Source of the DNA: Zootoca vivipara
Lineage: Eukaryota
Assembly (NCBI RefSeq): GCF_963506605.1
Contig: NC_083282.1
Span: 39,370,001-39,434,000 of the forward strand
Direction of reading: 5' to 3'
DNA length: 64,000 nt
Both the position numbers and the translations under genes were made by a program. The notes below the pieces were generated by a model that saw nothing but the letters and a program-made list of their open reading frames with translations, was not told the DNA's origin and searched no databases. Below, in pieces: positions 47,101-59,002 of the stretch; the first letter of the stretch is position 1; each line of letters begins with the position of its first letter.

Positions 47101-50086
47101 TTCCCCTCCACCTCTTGGTCAAGGCTGTGCAAGGGCTCTCCCACATCACTGAGCCTTGCCTCCTCCATCCCACTAACTTCCTCATTTCCCCCACCTGACC
47201 CGCTGCTGCTGCTCTCACTGGGTGAAGTGCTGGTCAGCAGGAGGGGGGGGAGCTTCCCTGTAGGAAGGTCCCCTGACACTGACCATTGGCCCTGCTGGCT
47301 GGGGCTGACAGGAAATTTGCAGGGGGGCAGGTCCCACATCCCTGAATTAAAACTTGGTACATTGATCCTTGAAACAAATGCTGTGTAATCTGAAAATTTA
47401 GCTTCAAAATACTAATCTTCATAGGGTTAACACACTGAGCACTGAAACTATTTTCAGATTAACTTTTCATACAGAGCTCGTGATGGCTAAACTTTGGTTA
47501 GTTCATTTTATTTCTGTATTTGAAACATTCTGTTTATATGGTTGACTAAAGGGTTTTCAAAAACACTTCTTTCTCTCTTTCTCTCTTTTCCAGAACCCCG
47601 AGGCTTCAATTCAGGCTCTCTTTTCTGATACCCAAATGCATATTTGGGCTTTGGAAGGTAAGCACTTTCTTCATATTGGAAATGGCTCTCAGATGAATGT
47701 TTATGCTGCTCCCGTTGATTTGTGTGGTAACCTTGCAGTGAAATTCATTCAGCAATATCAATTCATTTTTCTTTCGGCACACCTTCCTCAGCTTCTGGGT
47801 TCTCACCCAGGGTTGAAACAAACTCTCAGCTCACCCACAAAAGCCTCACAACCAGAAGAGTTCCTGGAAACAGCAGGCATCACCCTAGTCCAGGCATGTC
47901 AAACCTGCGGCCCTCCAGATGTTTTGGCCTACAACTCCCATGATCCCTAGCTAGCAGGACCAGTGGTTGGGGAAGATGGGAATTGCAGTACAAAACATCT
48001 GGAGGGCAGGTTTGACATGCCTGCCCTAGTCGCCTACTCTAGACTTGCTTTCTATGGGCAGGCCCAAGGTAGATGGTACTTCCTCAGGCTGCCTGCAGCT
48101 ATACAGCTGCACTTTCCACACCCAGTTCAAGGTACAGCAGGTTTGTAGAGTTCCCAGGGGGTCCAAAGGATGGGGAAAGGGCCCTCTTCTACCCACAGCT
48201 TTTTCTTCACCCTCTGCCCTCTCCTCTGTTTCCCACTGTGTTATAATCCCAGACTAAGCAACAAGTTATCCAAACTACAAATCATTCCTTTCTTTAGGTT
48301 TGTCGCATCTCATAGCAGCTTCATTTACCGAAGACACATATGGAGTTGTCCAAACAACACTGCCTTCTATTCTGAATACGTTGCTAATTCTTCAAGAGGT
48401 GAGGACATTTACTTTCTTCTTTGAAAAAAAAAGTGATATGAACTCATAATGTGTTAATTGACTTAGAGAAAAAATTGGTTTTGGTTTTGCCATGAGTTTT
48501 TTCAAGCAAATTGTAACCATAGAAGAAAGTTCTGATAAGGTAAGGAGGATATTGCTGCTTAAGTTTCCTGTTGGTTTATTTCCATCCTAGGTGGTAGACA
48601 AGCAGTTCAAGCTTCCTCATGTTTCCAGCAAACCCCCTCGGATTTCAGGAAGTCTGGCAGACACTTCCTACAAAACCCTTCGATTTGCCTTGAGAGCGTC
48701 GCTGAAAACTGCAATCTATCGGATCGTCACCACTTTTGGAGAGCACTTAAAGTGAGGTTTGGGCTCATGAAGCTGTTCATTTCTAAATATAATGAGATGT
48801 ACCATAGGCTTCCATCTCTTTTCACAAATGAATGAAAATAAAAGGTTAGCAGGAACCATGCTCTACCCTACGTAGAGAAAATAAAAGAATTCTCTGCCAG
48901 GGATTTTACAAATTGTTATGCGCAGCAATCTGTGTAGCTTTGTACAGAAATGTGCTTCTAAGGCAGCTGTCAGGGGGACTCCCTACAGGGAGCCTCCCCC
49001 CCGTCATATTGACCACCTCGCCCAGCGACAACACGAGCAGAGAGTCAGGAGGAGGGAATGAGGAAGGGAGCGGAATGGAGAGAGGGCTCAGTGAGGCATC
49101 TGAGCCCTGGCAACGCTTTGGGGAACAGAGCGTGCAGGAAGGGCTCAGAGATGTGTCAGAGCCTTGGCACTGCTCTGGTCGAGGGTCAGCAGATGAGGGG
49201 CTCAGTGAGACGTCGGAGCCCAGGCGCCGCCCCAGCCTGGGGAGACCTCTCCTTCCGGCGCCCGAATTGAGAGGTGCGCCCACACGTAGGGCGAAGGGGC
49301 GGCGTTTTGGGGTGCCCAGGCTTTTATGCTGGCCAGGTTCTGAATCGGACTAGGCGGTCATGTTTTCTGCTATCTCTGCACTGTAAATAGTATGCACAAT
49401 AAAACTCTTAAAGCAGGGGTCAGCAAACTTTTTCAGCAGGGGGCTGTCCCTCAGACCTTGTGGGGGGCCGGACTATATTTTGAAAAAAAATATGAACGAA
49501 TTCCTATGCCCCACAAATAACCCAGAGATGCATTTTAAATAAAAGGATACATTCTACTCATGTAAAAACATGCTGATTCCTGGACCGTCTGCGGGCCAGA
49601 TTTAGAAGGCGATTGGGCTGCATCTGGCCCCCGGGCCTTAGTTTGGGGACCCCTGTCTTAAAGACAGCGCGGACTGGAGCGTCTTTACTCGAGAGTAGCC
49701 ACAACAACCCCCTGACAGCAGCATACACACTATACCTTGAAACCACATTCGGAGCACATTTGCCCCCTGAAAAGCCTTTTATCATGTCGCTACCCTGCTA
49801 GACCATGAGCTGACCTCAGCATTACCATCCTTCCCGTTCCCTTGGATTTCCAAGTGATAGCAGAGGGATGATAATGTTGAGCTACATTTATTTGCCCAGG
49901 TTGTTTAGGCTTCAATTTTTTTTAAAGGAAGTCATCAAACCCTTTCCGAACTTTGTATATTAAAGTGTTTGGGGAGCAGGTCTGCAAAATATGTTTTGTG
50001 GTTTTTCCCCCCTGTTCTCCAGTGCCGTGCAAGTATCTGCAGAAGTCAAGAAAAGACTCCAGCAGTTCCTGGAGTTCAAGGAATAG
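36441..50086 (+). CDS. NDC1: Nucleoporin NDC1 (TMEM48), coding exons 2-18 (660 codons plus stop); first coding exon not identified with certainty
   Basis: Exons 36441-36561, 37130-37231, 37631-37805, 38789-38927, 40164-40272, 40645-40696, 41984-42116, 42398-42490, 43266-43347, 44231-44389, 45604-45861, 45994-46112, 46635-46685, 47594-47657, 48298-48398, 48591-48751 and 50023-50086. All are GT-AG and in frame, from [18 protein letters not shown] to [17 protein letters not shown] at 50255-50260. Confidence 0.96.
39005..39360 (+). mobile_element. Sauria SINE (5'-truncated)
   Basis: GAATCCGCGTGACGGGGTGAACTCCC...GCTGGCCACATGACCCAG...ACCTTT repeats. Confidence 0.8.
40811..40946. mobile_element. 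Palindromic hAT MITE, same family
   Basis: Same sequence family, TSD CTTTAGGA. Confidence 0.88.
43537..43710. mobile_element. Tc1/mariner (Tigger/pogo-like) MITE, reverse copy of 3594-3781
   Basis: TA|CAGTCATACCTCGGTTTAAGTAC...CTTAAACCGAGGTACCACTG|TA. Confidence 0.82.
44150..44193. repeat. (AAT)n microsatellite, probably an L2 tail
   Basis: About 14 perfect AAT units following a GTAAGTCGTTCTGAGTTGCC...GATAAAGTGGC L2-like 3' end. Confidence 0.9.
44803..45170 (-). mobile_element. Sauria SINE, reverse strand
   Basis: AAGGTAAAGGTAAAGGACCCCTG...GGGATTCGAACTGCCGACCTTCCGATCAGC. Confidence 0.85.
45218..45452. mobile_element. Short MITE of the same Tc2-like family as 29087-30331
   Basis: Same TIRs (CC(C/G)TGTTTCTCATATTTTAAGACAT / ATATGAGAAACACGG), TA flanks and AAAATAAG(A/C)C subterminal repeats. 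Confidence 0.85.
46851..47278 (-). mobile_element. Solo LTR of the same family in reverse orientation, nested in an older hAT MITE
   Basis: TG...CA termini and 5-bp TSD CTGAC. The flanks rejoin as CATCATCCCTGAC|CATTGGCC of the common palindromic MITE. Confidence 0.85.
47891..48023. mobile_element. Palindromic hAT MITE, same family
   Basis: Same sequence family, TSD CCCTAGTC. Confidence 0.85.
48968..49717 (+). mobile_element. Solo LTR (Gypsy/ERV-like) interrupted by a hAT MITE
   Basis: TGTCAGG...CCTGACA termini, 5-bp TSD GCAGC, AATAAA at 49398-49403. Homologous to 46851-47278. Confidence 0.85.
49414..49655. mobile_element. hAT-Charlie-like MITE nested in the solo LTR
   Basis: TIRs CAGGGGTCAGCAAAC / GTTTGGGGACCCCTG and 8-bp TSD TCTTAAAG. 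Confidence 0.88.
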
Positions 50087-51734
50087 TTCAAGTCAAACTG
50101 CCTGTGCTGTTAACACAGATCGAAAGAAAGTGAAACTGATCTGATCTGTCCTACTGACTTTCCAGAGGTGTACTTTAATTGCAAGTCGCGGGGTGGCTAA
50201 ACTGTCAACAAAAGTACTTGAAACACTTGGAATACGTTATTCGACATTTTGTATAATAAAGTGATTTTTTTTTAAAAAAAAGAATGGTGGTCTGCAGTAG
50301 TTGAATGCTGTTATGATTTATGTATGGCAGATAATGGGAACCTGTGTCCTTCCAGACGTTTAGGGCAACACCTCCACACATCCCTGACTGTTGGTTATGC
50401 TGGCTGGGGCTGATGGGAGTTGGAGTCCAATGACATCTGAAGGGCCATGAGTTCCCCCCCCCCCGATATATGAGATTGCTCTGATTTGAAGGAGGGTATG
50501 GGTTTTTCTACATGACCTTTACTGATATGGCACTTTTCTTCTCATAATAAGTGGCTCATTTTGTTTGGGGATTTCCCTTCTGAGAATGCAAGGGTTGTCT
50601 CCAACTAAGCTGTACTCAGAGTAGACCCACTGAAATTAATGAACCTAAGTTAGTTAAATCCATTAATTTCAATGGGTTTACTGTAAAGTAGGACAAGCAT
50701 TGGATACAACCTGTCTTTAAATCAGGCACCTGGAGAAAGAGGAACCCTCCCCTATCACACCCCAATCTGCAGTCCCCAAAGAGAAGAACAGTTTTTGGTG
50801 GGCTCTAGCTCACCATCATCTAACTTTTTTGTTAAGCTGAAAAAAGAGTAATCCAAGGACAGAATTATTTCGAACAGAACGTTGCAGTCTGGGAGCACTG
50901 GATTGGAGAAATATTGAGCCTGCTTCTCAAGCTGGCCCAGTGGAGAGTCTCCTACACTTTGGCCCCCTCTCTCATCTATCATTTAGGACTGGTTTGGACA
51001 GGCACCCATTTTCTCCCTTGCTCTTAAACACCCCACTTCTATTTGATACACCATGGTGAGGTTACACTGTTCCCAACCAATTTTAGCCACCTCCTGGGAG
51101 ATTCGGAGACTTCTCTGAGCTAAAAAGATAGGAGCAAGCGGTCTGCAGTTTAATTGCACTATTTACCTACCTTCCTGGCAGTAGAGATGAATAGAAAGCA
51201 AGAACCCCAATTCACCCCATCTTTGTTTAGTAGTTCAGTGTGGTGGTTGACCACAGGACAGAGACACTGGGAAGGATGAAGCTTTTTTTTTTTAAATAGT
51301 GCTCCCAGTGTTTTTGCATGGGGAATTGGGGGGGGGGGTGCTTGGCTACTAAGTAGGATGTTAACACGGAACAATAATTTAATGTTACTTGAGATTATTT
51401 AGGATTCAATTATAGGGGAACTGAATTGATGTTAGAGCAGAATATTTTGGGAAATCAGCTGGGTGTAGATGAAGAACTTTCATTTTGTGGCAATTTGCAC
51501 CTATATATTAAAAATCAGCAGCTGCAACTTTTGTGCAAACTTATGTTAATGGGGCCATGCTCCAAACCTTATAAGTACCAGGCTGTCCAACACTGCAGCA
51601 GAGTTTAGCTTCATAGTCATTTCCGTGATTCCTTTTCCTAAGAAAATGAGTTAAAGCCATGTGGAGACTCTAGATTTGTTCAAGGATTCTCGAAATTGTA
51701 GGCTCCTAGCACACCTAGGAGGTTGTGCATCCAT

Positions 51735-51950
51735 AGCAGTGCCCAAGGAGGAGTTACTGCTGGCAGGACCACAGAGAAGATATGCCATGGTGCATCTGCA
51801 GCAGCACAACTGGATGCCTTCAGCTGCAACAAAACCTGCCTCCCATATCTGTCTCTACAGCCACAGCAGGCACTCACCTTCCAACAGTTTGACTTCACCC
51901 CAAAAGGCACACTCTGTCTCCTGATACAGATGGATGGGATGCCAACCAGC
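51735..51950 (+). mobile_element. RTE-type LINE 3' fragment (related tail fragments at about 33570-33670)
   Basis: CTGCAACAAAACCTGCCTCCCATATCTGTCTCTACAGCCACAGCAGG...GATGCCAAC tail, shared with CCATTGTCTCTCGAGAGGGACGGATGCCAACAACA at 33636-33670. Confidence 0.55.
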
Positions 51951-53559
51951 ACTCCTTGCTCCAGATGGGATGTCACCATTATCGCCTATATGAATTCCCA
52001 CACTTGGTCCCACTCTTCTCTCTCCCCACCTGTGGCAATAGGAATGCGTGTCCTTAAGAGTAGAGGGTACCCTTCCTTCCTCAGCAGCCCCTCAGAGGCT
52101 ACCATGCTCACCAAGCAGAAGCCTGGGAAGCAAAACAGCAAAGGAGGCCACACTAAGATATACTCTCCAGTATCTATACAACTCCTCAACAACTTCCAGA
52201 GAGTTGCATACAGAAGAAATCAGAAGGACTATGTATGGCGGAATTTCCTCTCTAGTCCTCCTGATGGTGGGGGCAGAGCTTAACCACCCAGTTATGGGTT
52301 CCAAGCTGGAACTGGAGGAAGCCATAAATTAAAACTTAGTTGGTCTTTAAGGTGCTACTGAAGGATTTTTTTAATTTATTTTTTTATTTTGTCTCAAGAT
52401 AATTGACACTTCCCCCCCTCCTACATCCTCCTACAAGCCTCTTAGATATGAAAGCATGTTGAATTTACTATGGGCTGAGGGGCCCATAAATCATTTGAAG
52501 AGCCACTGTGAAGATGCAGAGGATTCTAATGCTGGATCATCCAGTATAAAATGTTACCTTGTGACTGGCCTGTTCAATGAAGAAAATTTAAATGTCAGAC
52601 AAACATGCTATTCTTTGCTGTACAGATTGGAGAATAAGTAGAAATTTACATACATTTGAATGATTGGGGGTTTTTTTGTGCTGCACACCATCCCGATGTT
52701 GCAGTTTCTAAATGGTAGTAAACATATAAACTTTTATAAATAAATAATAAATAAATAAAGTCTGGTTATATTTTTGGTTCACCACCAGAGGTCACTGTTC
52801 TACATGTAAATAGTACGTACTGCCTCCTTTCACCCAAAGAGTCTTGCTTTGCCCTTAATGACAAGCCGATCTGCAATACAACCTAGTTTCTCAAACTTTG
52901 TTGAGGGCTTAGCATGATGTGACAGGAAAGGGCTTCTGAGGCTGGCAGTTGGATCAGTCGGAACACCCCATCAATTCTCGTTCATCCACTTCAGGGTTCT
53001 TGTGAATGACCGCTCTCAAGTGCCTCACCAGATTTAGTAAGATAGAGGACCAGCTGCTTTTTTCCAATGATGTCTCCATGGTGGGTGTAGTTTCAGGAAG
53101 GGCCAGAAATACAATGGTTCTATTCTTTGATCGTTTTTGAGATTGTTTTAATTTTCATTTCTAATACACAGCAAGCAATAACAACAACAACAAAGAAAAG
53201 AAGAAATATCAAAGCAAGGTCATGATTCCATTACTTTCAATGTGAGTCTGAGATACACTGAAGGACCAAGACAAGAGATGGGAGGCAAATGAATTGCACC
53301 TTGTTCCCCAAGTGCCTTCTCTAACTAAGGTTAACACATGCAAGTTTCCCCAGGCTTCTGAAAAGCCCTAATCCTAGCAACAAAGCCAGTGCACAGGGAC
53401 TAGCTGTGGAGGAAAGAGCCAGTTTAATTGTGATTGTTTTGGTTGACATGTGCACTTTTGAGGAAAAAGGGGAAAAGGCACACTACAATCTATGCACAAA
53501 TTACTGCCTGTGCAACTGTGAATGTGTGTGTGTGTCCTTTCAAACACCATCCATTTCCT

Positions 53560-54218
53560 CTTCAATTAAAACAACAACATTTGATAAAAAACCAGAGTTA
53601 TTTCTATTAAGCATGGTACCAGAGAACATCCCAGAAGACAGGAAAAACATCCTCCTCTACGCATCCGCAGCAGCAAGACTTCTGATTGGACAACATTGGA
53701 AAGGGGAGAAAATCCCAACTATTTTAGAATGACAGGAAAAGTTAGTAGAATTTATGAATCTCTCAAAAATGACAGCAGCAATCCGAAATACCCCCAGACA
53801 AATTTGTAAAAAAGAATGGAAGTATGTTGAGGACTTTTTGAAAAAAGAAGGATTAAATGTAGATTTGGTGATTTGCTTAGACTGAAAGATATAAAGGGGA
53901 GTTGGAGATCAGGTATAAACAATAATTGAAGTAAAGCGAGATAAAAGAAATTATGTAAAGGAAAGCGGTATTCAAACAACAGGAAGCAATTTTTATCTCT
54001 TTTCTTTTCTTTTCCTTCCCCCCCCCTTCTTTGCTCTGTTTCTCTTTTTTTTCTTTTTTCTAATTTCAGTTATTAGATAAGCTTGATGTTTAATTTTGAT
54101 TATATTGCAATAGTTTGTTTATTTTGTATTCTGTTTTTATTTTGTATCAGTTACCTGTTTATGGTTTTATGTAACTTTTTTAAAGAATTGAAATAAAGTT
54201 TCTTTTTAATAAAAAAAA
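53560..54218 (+). mobile_element. L1 LINE 3' fragment
   Basis: Decayed ORF2 C-terminus KKPELFLL...LLYASAAARLLIGQHWKGEKIPT, T-rich 3'UTR, AATAAA and an A-tail. Confidence 0.75.
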
Positions 54219-57200
54219 GAATGTGTGGTGCTGGGTTGTGTGATAATGACAACACAGGACACACAGGACTTAAAAATCTGCCAGTTTTATTGCACTTTCT
54301 TGTGGCTTGTAGCATGAAATCGCATTATAAACATGGGAGATAAAGGGTTGTATTCCATACAGTGTGACTCCTGAGGAACAATTGCATTTGCAAAATATAA
54401 ATTACAGTAACATTTTGCAAAGCAAGGGCAATTCAGGGTGGATTGTACCCAGCTTGCCTTAAACCAAGTCATCTCATGGGTCTATGTAGCTCAGTATTGT
54501 CAGCTGACTGGCAGCAGCTCTCTAGATTTTTAGACTACTGGACCGTAGATCTTCCCAGCCATACCAGGATTTGCTGGTGAAATATCCTATGACTCTTGGC
54601 ACGTGATAGAGCTTTCAAAGGCAGAATTGACATCTGGGGTTAGGGTTGCAATAAAAAACCTCAATAACTTTCGGGGTTGAGCTTTCTGTTTCCTGTGAGA
54701 AAGAGAAGCTGTATTTAGAAAACAACTCTTGTATGTTATCTCAATCCAAAGAAGCCATTCTTTCCCAAAACAACTATTTGGGAGGGAGGGTTTTGTGGCT
54801 CCTTGTGTAGCCTTTGGTATGCATAGCCATTTCTGTCACACCAGATCCTGTAATTATGGCCACATGCACATTTTTTGATCCACCTGCCTATTTTCCTTCA
54901 TACGCTATGGTTAGCATTGCAGAGGACAACTTCTGTGAGATCTTCCTGATTCCAGTGCTTTTGAAATAACAAAGCTTGTCCTTAAGCAAATACACAATTG
55001 CTCTTATCAGTCTTGAAGACGACTGGAATCTCTGTACATCCAGTCTGGAGAGCTCCGTCCACATTGATATTTGCTGCTACATTGCACTGGGCTGCTACCA
55101 GGGCAAATTATAATTTAATTGCTGGTTTAAATTAGGTTCCATTGCATTTTAATTATTGGTTTAACTAATTTGATTTTATTATTATGTATTTTAATAATTT
55201 ATGTTTTAAATGTCGCAAGCTGCCTTGAATCCCAACTTGGGATAAAGGCGGAATGTAAACATATTAAATAAAAAAATAAGTCATAATTCTATTGTTTAAT
55301 TATTGGGTGTCTCTGCCTGTTATGAGAAATTGGCCCTGCTCCATATACCTAGAGAGTGTAGTCTAGAGGGGGCCAAAAGGGACCACATATGTATTACTTC
55401 TGTTTTAGCTCGTAAAAGCTAAGCTCAGGCTGCTATATCAACAGTACCTCAGGCATGGGTAACTGGAGAGAAAAGGACAAATGGCTCCTGTAACTTGTAT
55501 ATTATTTTATTATTTTTACTGTCTAGAACTAAGAAAGAGTTCTTCAGTAATTTAACCTAGTTATACTCTGGATAAGCAGCCAAGTTTAGAGAAAATTCAG
55601 CTAGCCATAATGATGGACTATAGTTTTGAAAAACTGGCTAAATTAATATCCCCCCAGAAGCTAAGAGGTTAATGCATCTAATTAGGTTGTTTTCTGCTGG
55701 AAAAAACAACAACTTTCTACTTGTTGAGAGACTACATTGTTCACAAATATGGTGTTGTCTCTTTATATGCATGATTATAAACAGGCTCAAGGCTGGCAGC
55801 CGAACACTTGGCTCAGGCTGGCAAATTCCAATAAATATGTAAAATTCAGCTCCTCCAGATGCAGTCTGCTTATTTGGTCTAAGGCTGAGGGAAAATGGCC
55901 TCCCAAAATTCTGCACACTCTTTGTGAGTTGTGAAACTGAGGGGAGGCATTTTGCTGAATATTTTTTTTCAGGTGAGCTGGGGAGGTGAAGTCCTCAAAC
56001 AGTATTTCTCTGAAAATTATCTTCAGAGAATTTTGGCTCACTTCATGTTGAATGAAACTTTGTTCAGAACTCCCTTATTGGTGAGGAAGGCAAATTGGAT
56101 GGGGTTGAATAGATGAAAGTGAGGAACTGATACCTTAAAAATGAAGCAAGACTTTTTAAATGTTGATCCTTGTTTGAGGGTGTTGGTTTGAGATCTTCTT
56201 CTTAGCATCCTAAGTGACATTTTTGTGGGGATTGCCGTTTGCCTTTTGGCAGGAACATGGATGTGTTTGACTTTTAGTCTACAGTATTTTAAAGCGTTTG
56301 GATTTTTTTGTTTGTTCTAAAAATTTGACTTGAATTTTAATATGAACCTTTGTAAGCTGTCTCGGGCAGCTATTTGGCTGAAAGGTGTCATAAAAAATGT
56401 CTAACAATAACAATACTTTACCTCAGGAAAAGGCCTGGGAGGAAGAAACATGGCTGCCATATGCCTCAGTGTTCTCTCCCTCACACAACAGTGACCACGT
56501 GCATATAAATTATCTATTGTGCTTAAGTTTAAGAGGGTATATAGGTCCTTTCTGCTCTTGTCATTTGCTTTCTTGTACAACCCCCCACTTAAAAAAAGAA
56601 AAGAAAGGAGCATTCATTCATCATCCATTTTTCCTACTAACACTGGTAGAGGAGAACTTTATTTTACCCATTTAACACAGTGAGTGGTAGTCAACTAAGT
56701 TTTACTCAGAGTAGACCTGTTGAAATGAACGAACCTAATTTAGGCATGTTTGTTAATTTAATTGGGTCTACTCTGAGTAAAACTTTGTTGAATACCATCA
56801 GGGCGGGGGGGGGGGGGGAGAGAGAGACAGCTCTGACTCGGCTGCAAATTGTTGCTGCAGCTTCTGGCACAGAAAAGAAGGTGAAAAGTGCTGATTCTCT
56901 TTTATACTGTATGTACAAACACCAACACACACCATGTGCACTTGCTGCCTCATTGTGTACATATAATAACAGCCTATGACAGTCAAGCTACCTCAGTTCT
57001 TCCACATCTGGAGTGAAGCACATCTACCTAGAACTGGCAGCAATGACGACTTTTGTGCTTAACTCTTCTAGCATGTACAAAACATCTCCACCCCTTTGCC
57101 ACTGTCACAGATAAATTGTATGTGATAAGGTTCCCCTGCCACAAGTGCAGTACAGTACAGTGTAGACTGCAAGTTGAGATAGGAAAACCACAAGCTATCA

Positions 57201-57567
57201 TGGTCAGTTTGACCTACATTCTGTCTAGGGATAAAACACACACTCAGAGGTTTTAGCTTAAAAGGAACTGGTCAGAAAAATCTTTAATCTATATCTCCAG
57301 TGGGTTTCTCTCTCTTTTGAAGAAGGATGTTGATGAATACCTGGCCTTTGTAGAACTTCTCTAAAAGAAGTGGCCAATTTGTTCATCATAAAGGGTTGCC
57401 CCAGAAACATCCAAAGATCTGGAAGATAGCGTGCTCCTATCTTGAACGTTTTATTAACCCATCTGGTGCAGATATTGTTGACAGTGACACCAGACCAGGC
57501 CTGCACTACTTGTGACCCCATCAATTGTTGTTGGCTAGATATTTGACAAATCTATTTTTTACAGTTT

Positions 57568-57698
57568 NNNNNNNNNNNNNNNNNNNNNNNNNNNNNNNNN
57601 NNNNNNNNNNNNNNNNNNNNNNNNNNNNNNNNNNNNNNNNNNNNNNNNNNNNNNNNNNNNNNNNNNNNNNNNNNNNNNNNNNNNNNNNNNNNNNNNNN
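57568..57698. other. Assembly gap (N run)
   Basis: 131 N. Confidence 1.
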
Positions 57699-58844
57699 TG
57701 AGCTACATTTGGCAACTACAAGTTATCAAGTGACTGTGGGTGTCATTAAAGAGCTGCAAATTGTTATTTATTATTCTTGTCTTTTTACTGCCAGGAATGG
57801 GAGAGATGGTTTTTGGAATTGTCTGCTCCAGAATTAGGAATTGACTGGCTTTGAGTGCTATGCAGTTTGGGATGGTGGTGCTGATTACCATTTGCTGTTG
57901 AACCTCAGGCAGCAAAATGTCTTGGGCTGGCCCTGGCTGCACTAAGAGCATGGCTAATACTGTGACCCTATTATGTGGTCTCCTCTTAGCAATTTGTACC
58001 GTTTTCAGAGCTACCTCCCAAATTACTATTTGACATGAAAATTAATCCTAGTGTTGAGAGAAAAGTGTATATTTACATTTGAATGAAGGGATATGTGTCT
58101 CTTATTTTTCAGCAACCTGAGTTGTGAAGGTGCCAGACGTATGTATCAACTTTCTGAACCAGGTACACTAAAGCTGGATAGAAACTCCATAGTTAGACCT
58201 TTCATGTACATGCTATTTTAGCACCGAGGTTAATTTTTATGCCCCAAAATTTAATATGCGAAGTGGCCTTCACTGAGAAACTAAAGACCATTTTGTTATA
58301 AATAAGAGATAAACAGCCAATTAACTGTTTAAACAATAAAAAAGACGAACCATTGAATAAAAAATAAATATATATATAGTTTGCTCATACAGTATATGTA
58401 CAGCTATGTCGACTCTCCAAATGTCCCTATTTTCCAGGCACATCCCTGATTTAGAGAAGCCACCCCAGTTTCTGATTTGATTCCGGAATGTCCCACTTTT
58501 CCTTTGTATGCCCCTATTTTCATAGGAGAAATGCTGGAGGGTATGGAGTTATCCAGCCCCCAAGCCATCTGAAAGCAATCCTATATGAGGAAGGTTTTTT
58601 AAAAATGTTTAACGTTTTATTGTGTTTTATATATGTCAGAAGCTGCCCAGAGTGGCTGGGGCAACCCAGTAAGATTTGTGGGGTATAAGTACGTAGTAAA
58701 ATTATCATTATGGAATGAAATGTCCCTATTTTCATTGGAGAAATGTTGGAAGGTATGTGTATTCTGCTGACTGGGCTGGTTGCGACCAATGCAGTGGTTC
58801 AAAATCTAATGTAAACTTTTTTCTCACAAAGCAGGAACCTGTGT

Positions 58845-59002
58845 NNNNNNNNNNNNNNNNNNNNNNNNNNNNNNNNNNNNNNNNNNNNNNNNNNNNNNNN
58901 NNNNNNNNNNNNNNNNNNNNNNNNNNNNNNNNNNNNNNNNNNNNNNNNNNNNNNNNNNNNNNNNNNNNNNNNNNNNNNNNNNNNNNNNNNNNNNNNNNNN
59001 NN
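58845..59002. other. Assembly gap (N run)
   Basis: 158 N. Confidence 1.

Noticed and set aside
51723-52283. 186-aa ORF downstream of NDC1
   Set aside because: It starts at a non-ATG codon, its first half is an RTE-like LINE 3' remnant, and I recognise no protein or exon structure.
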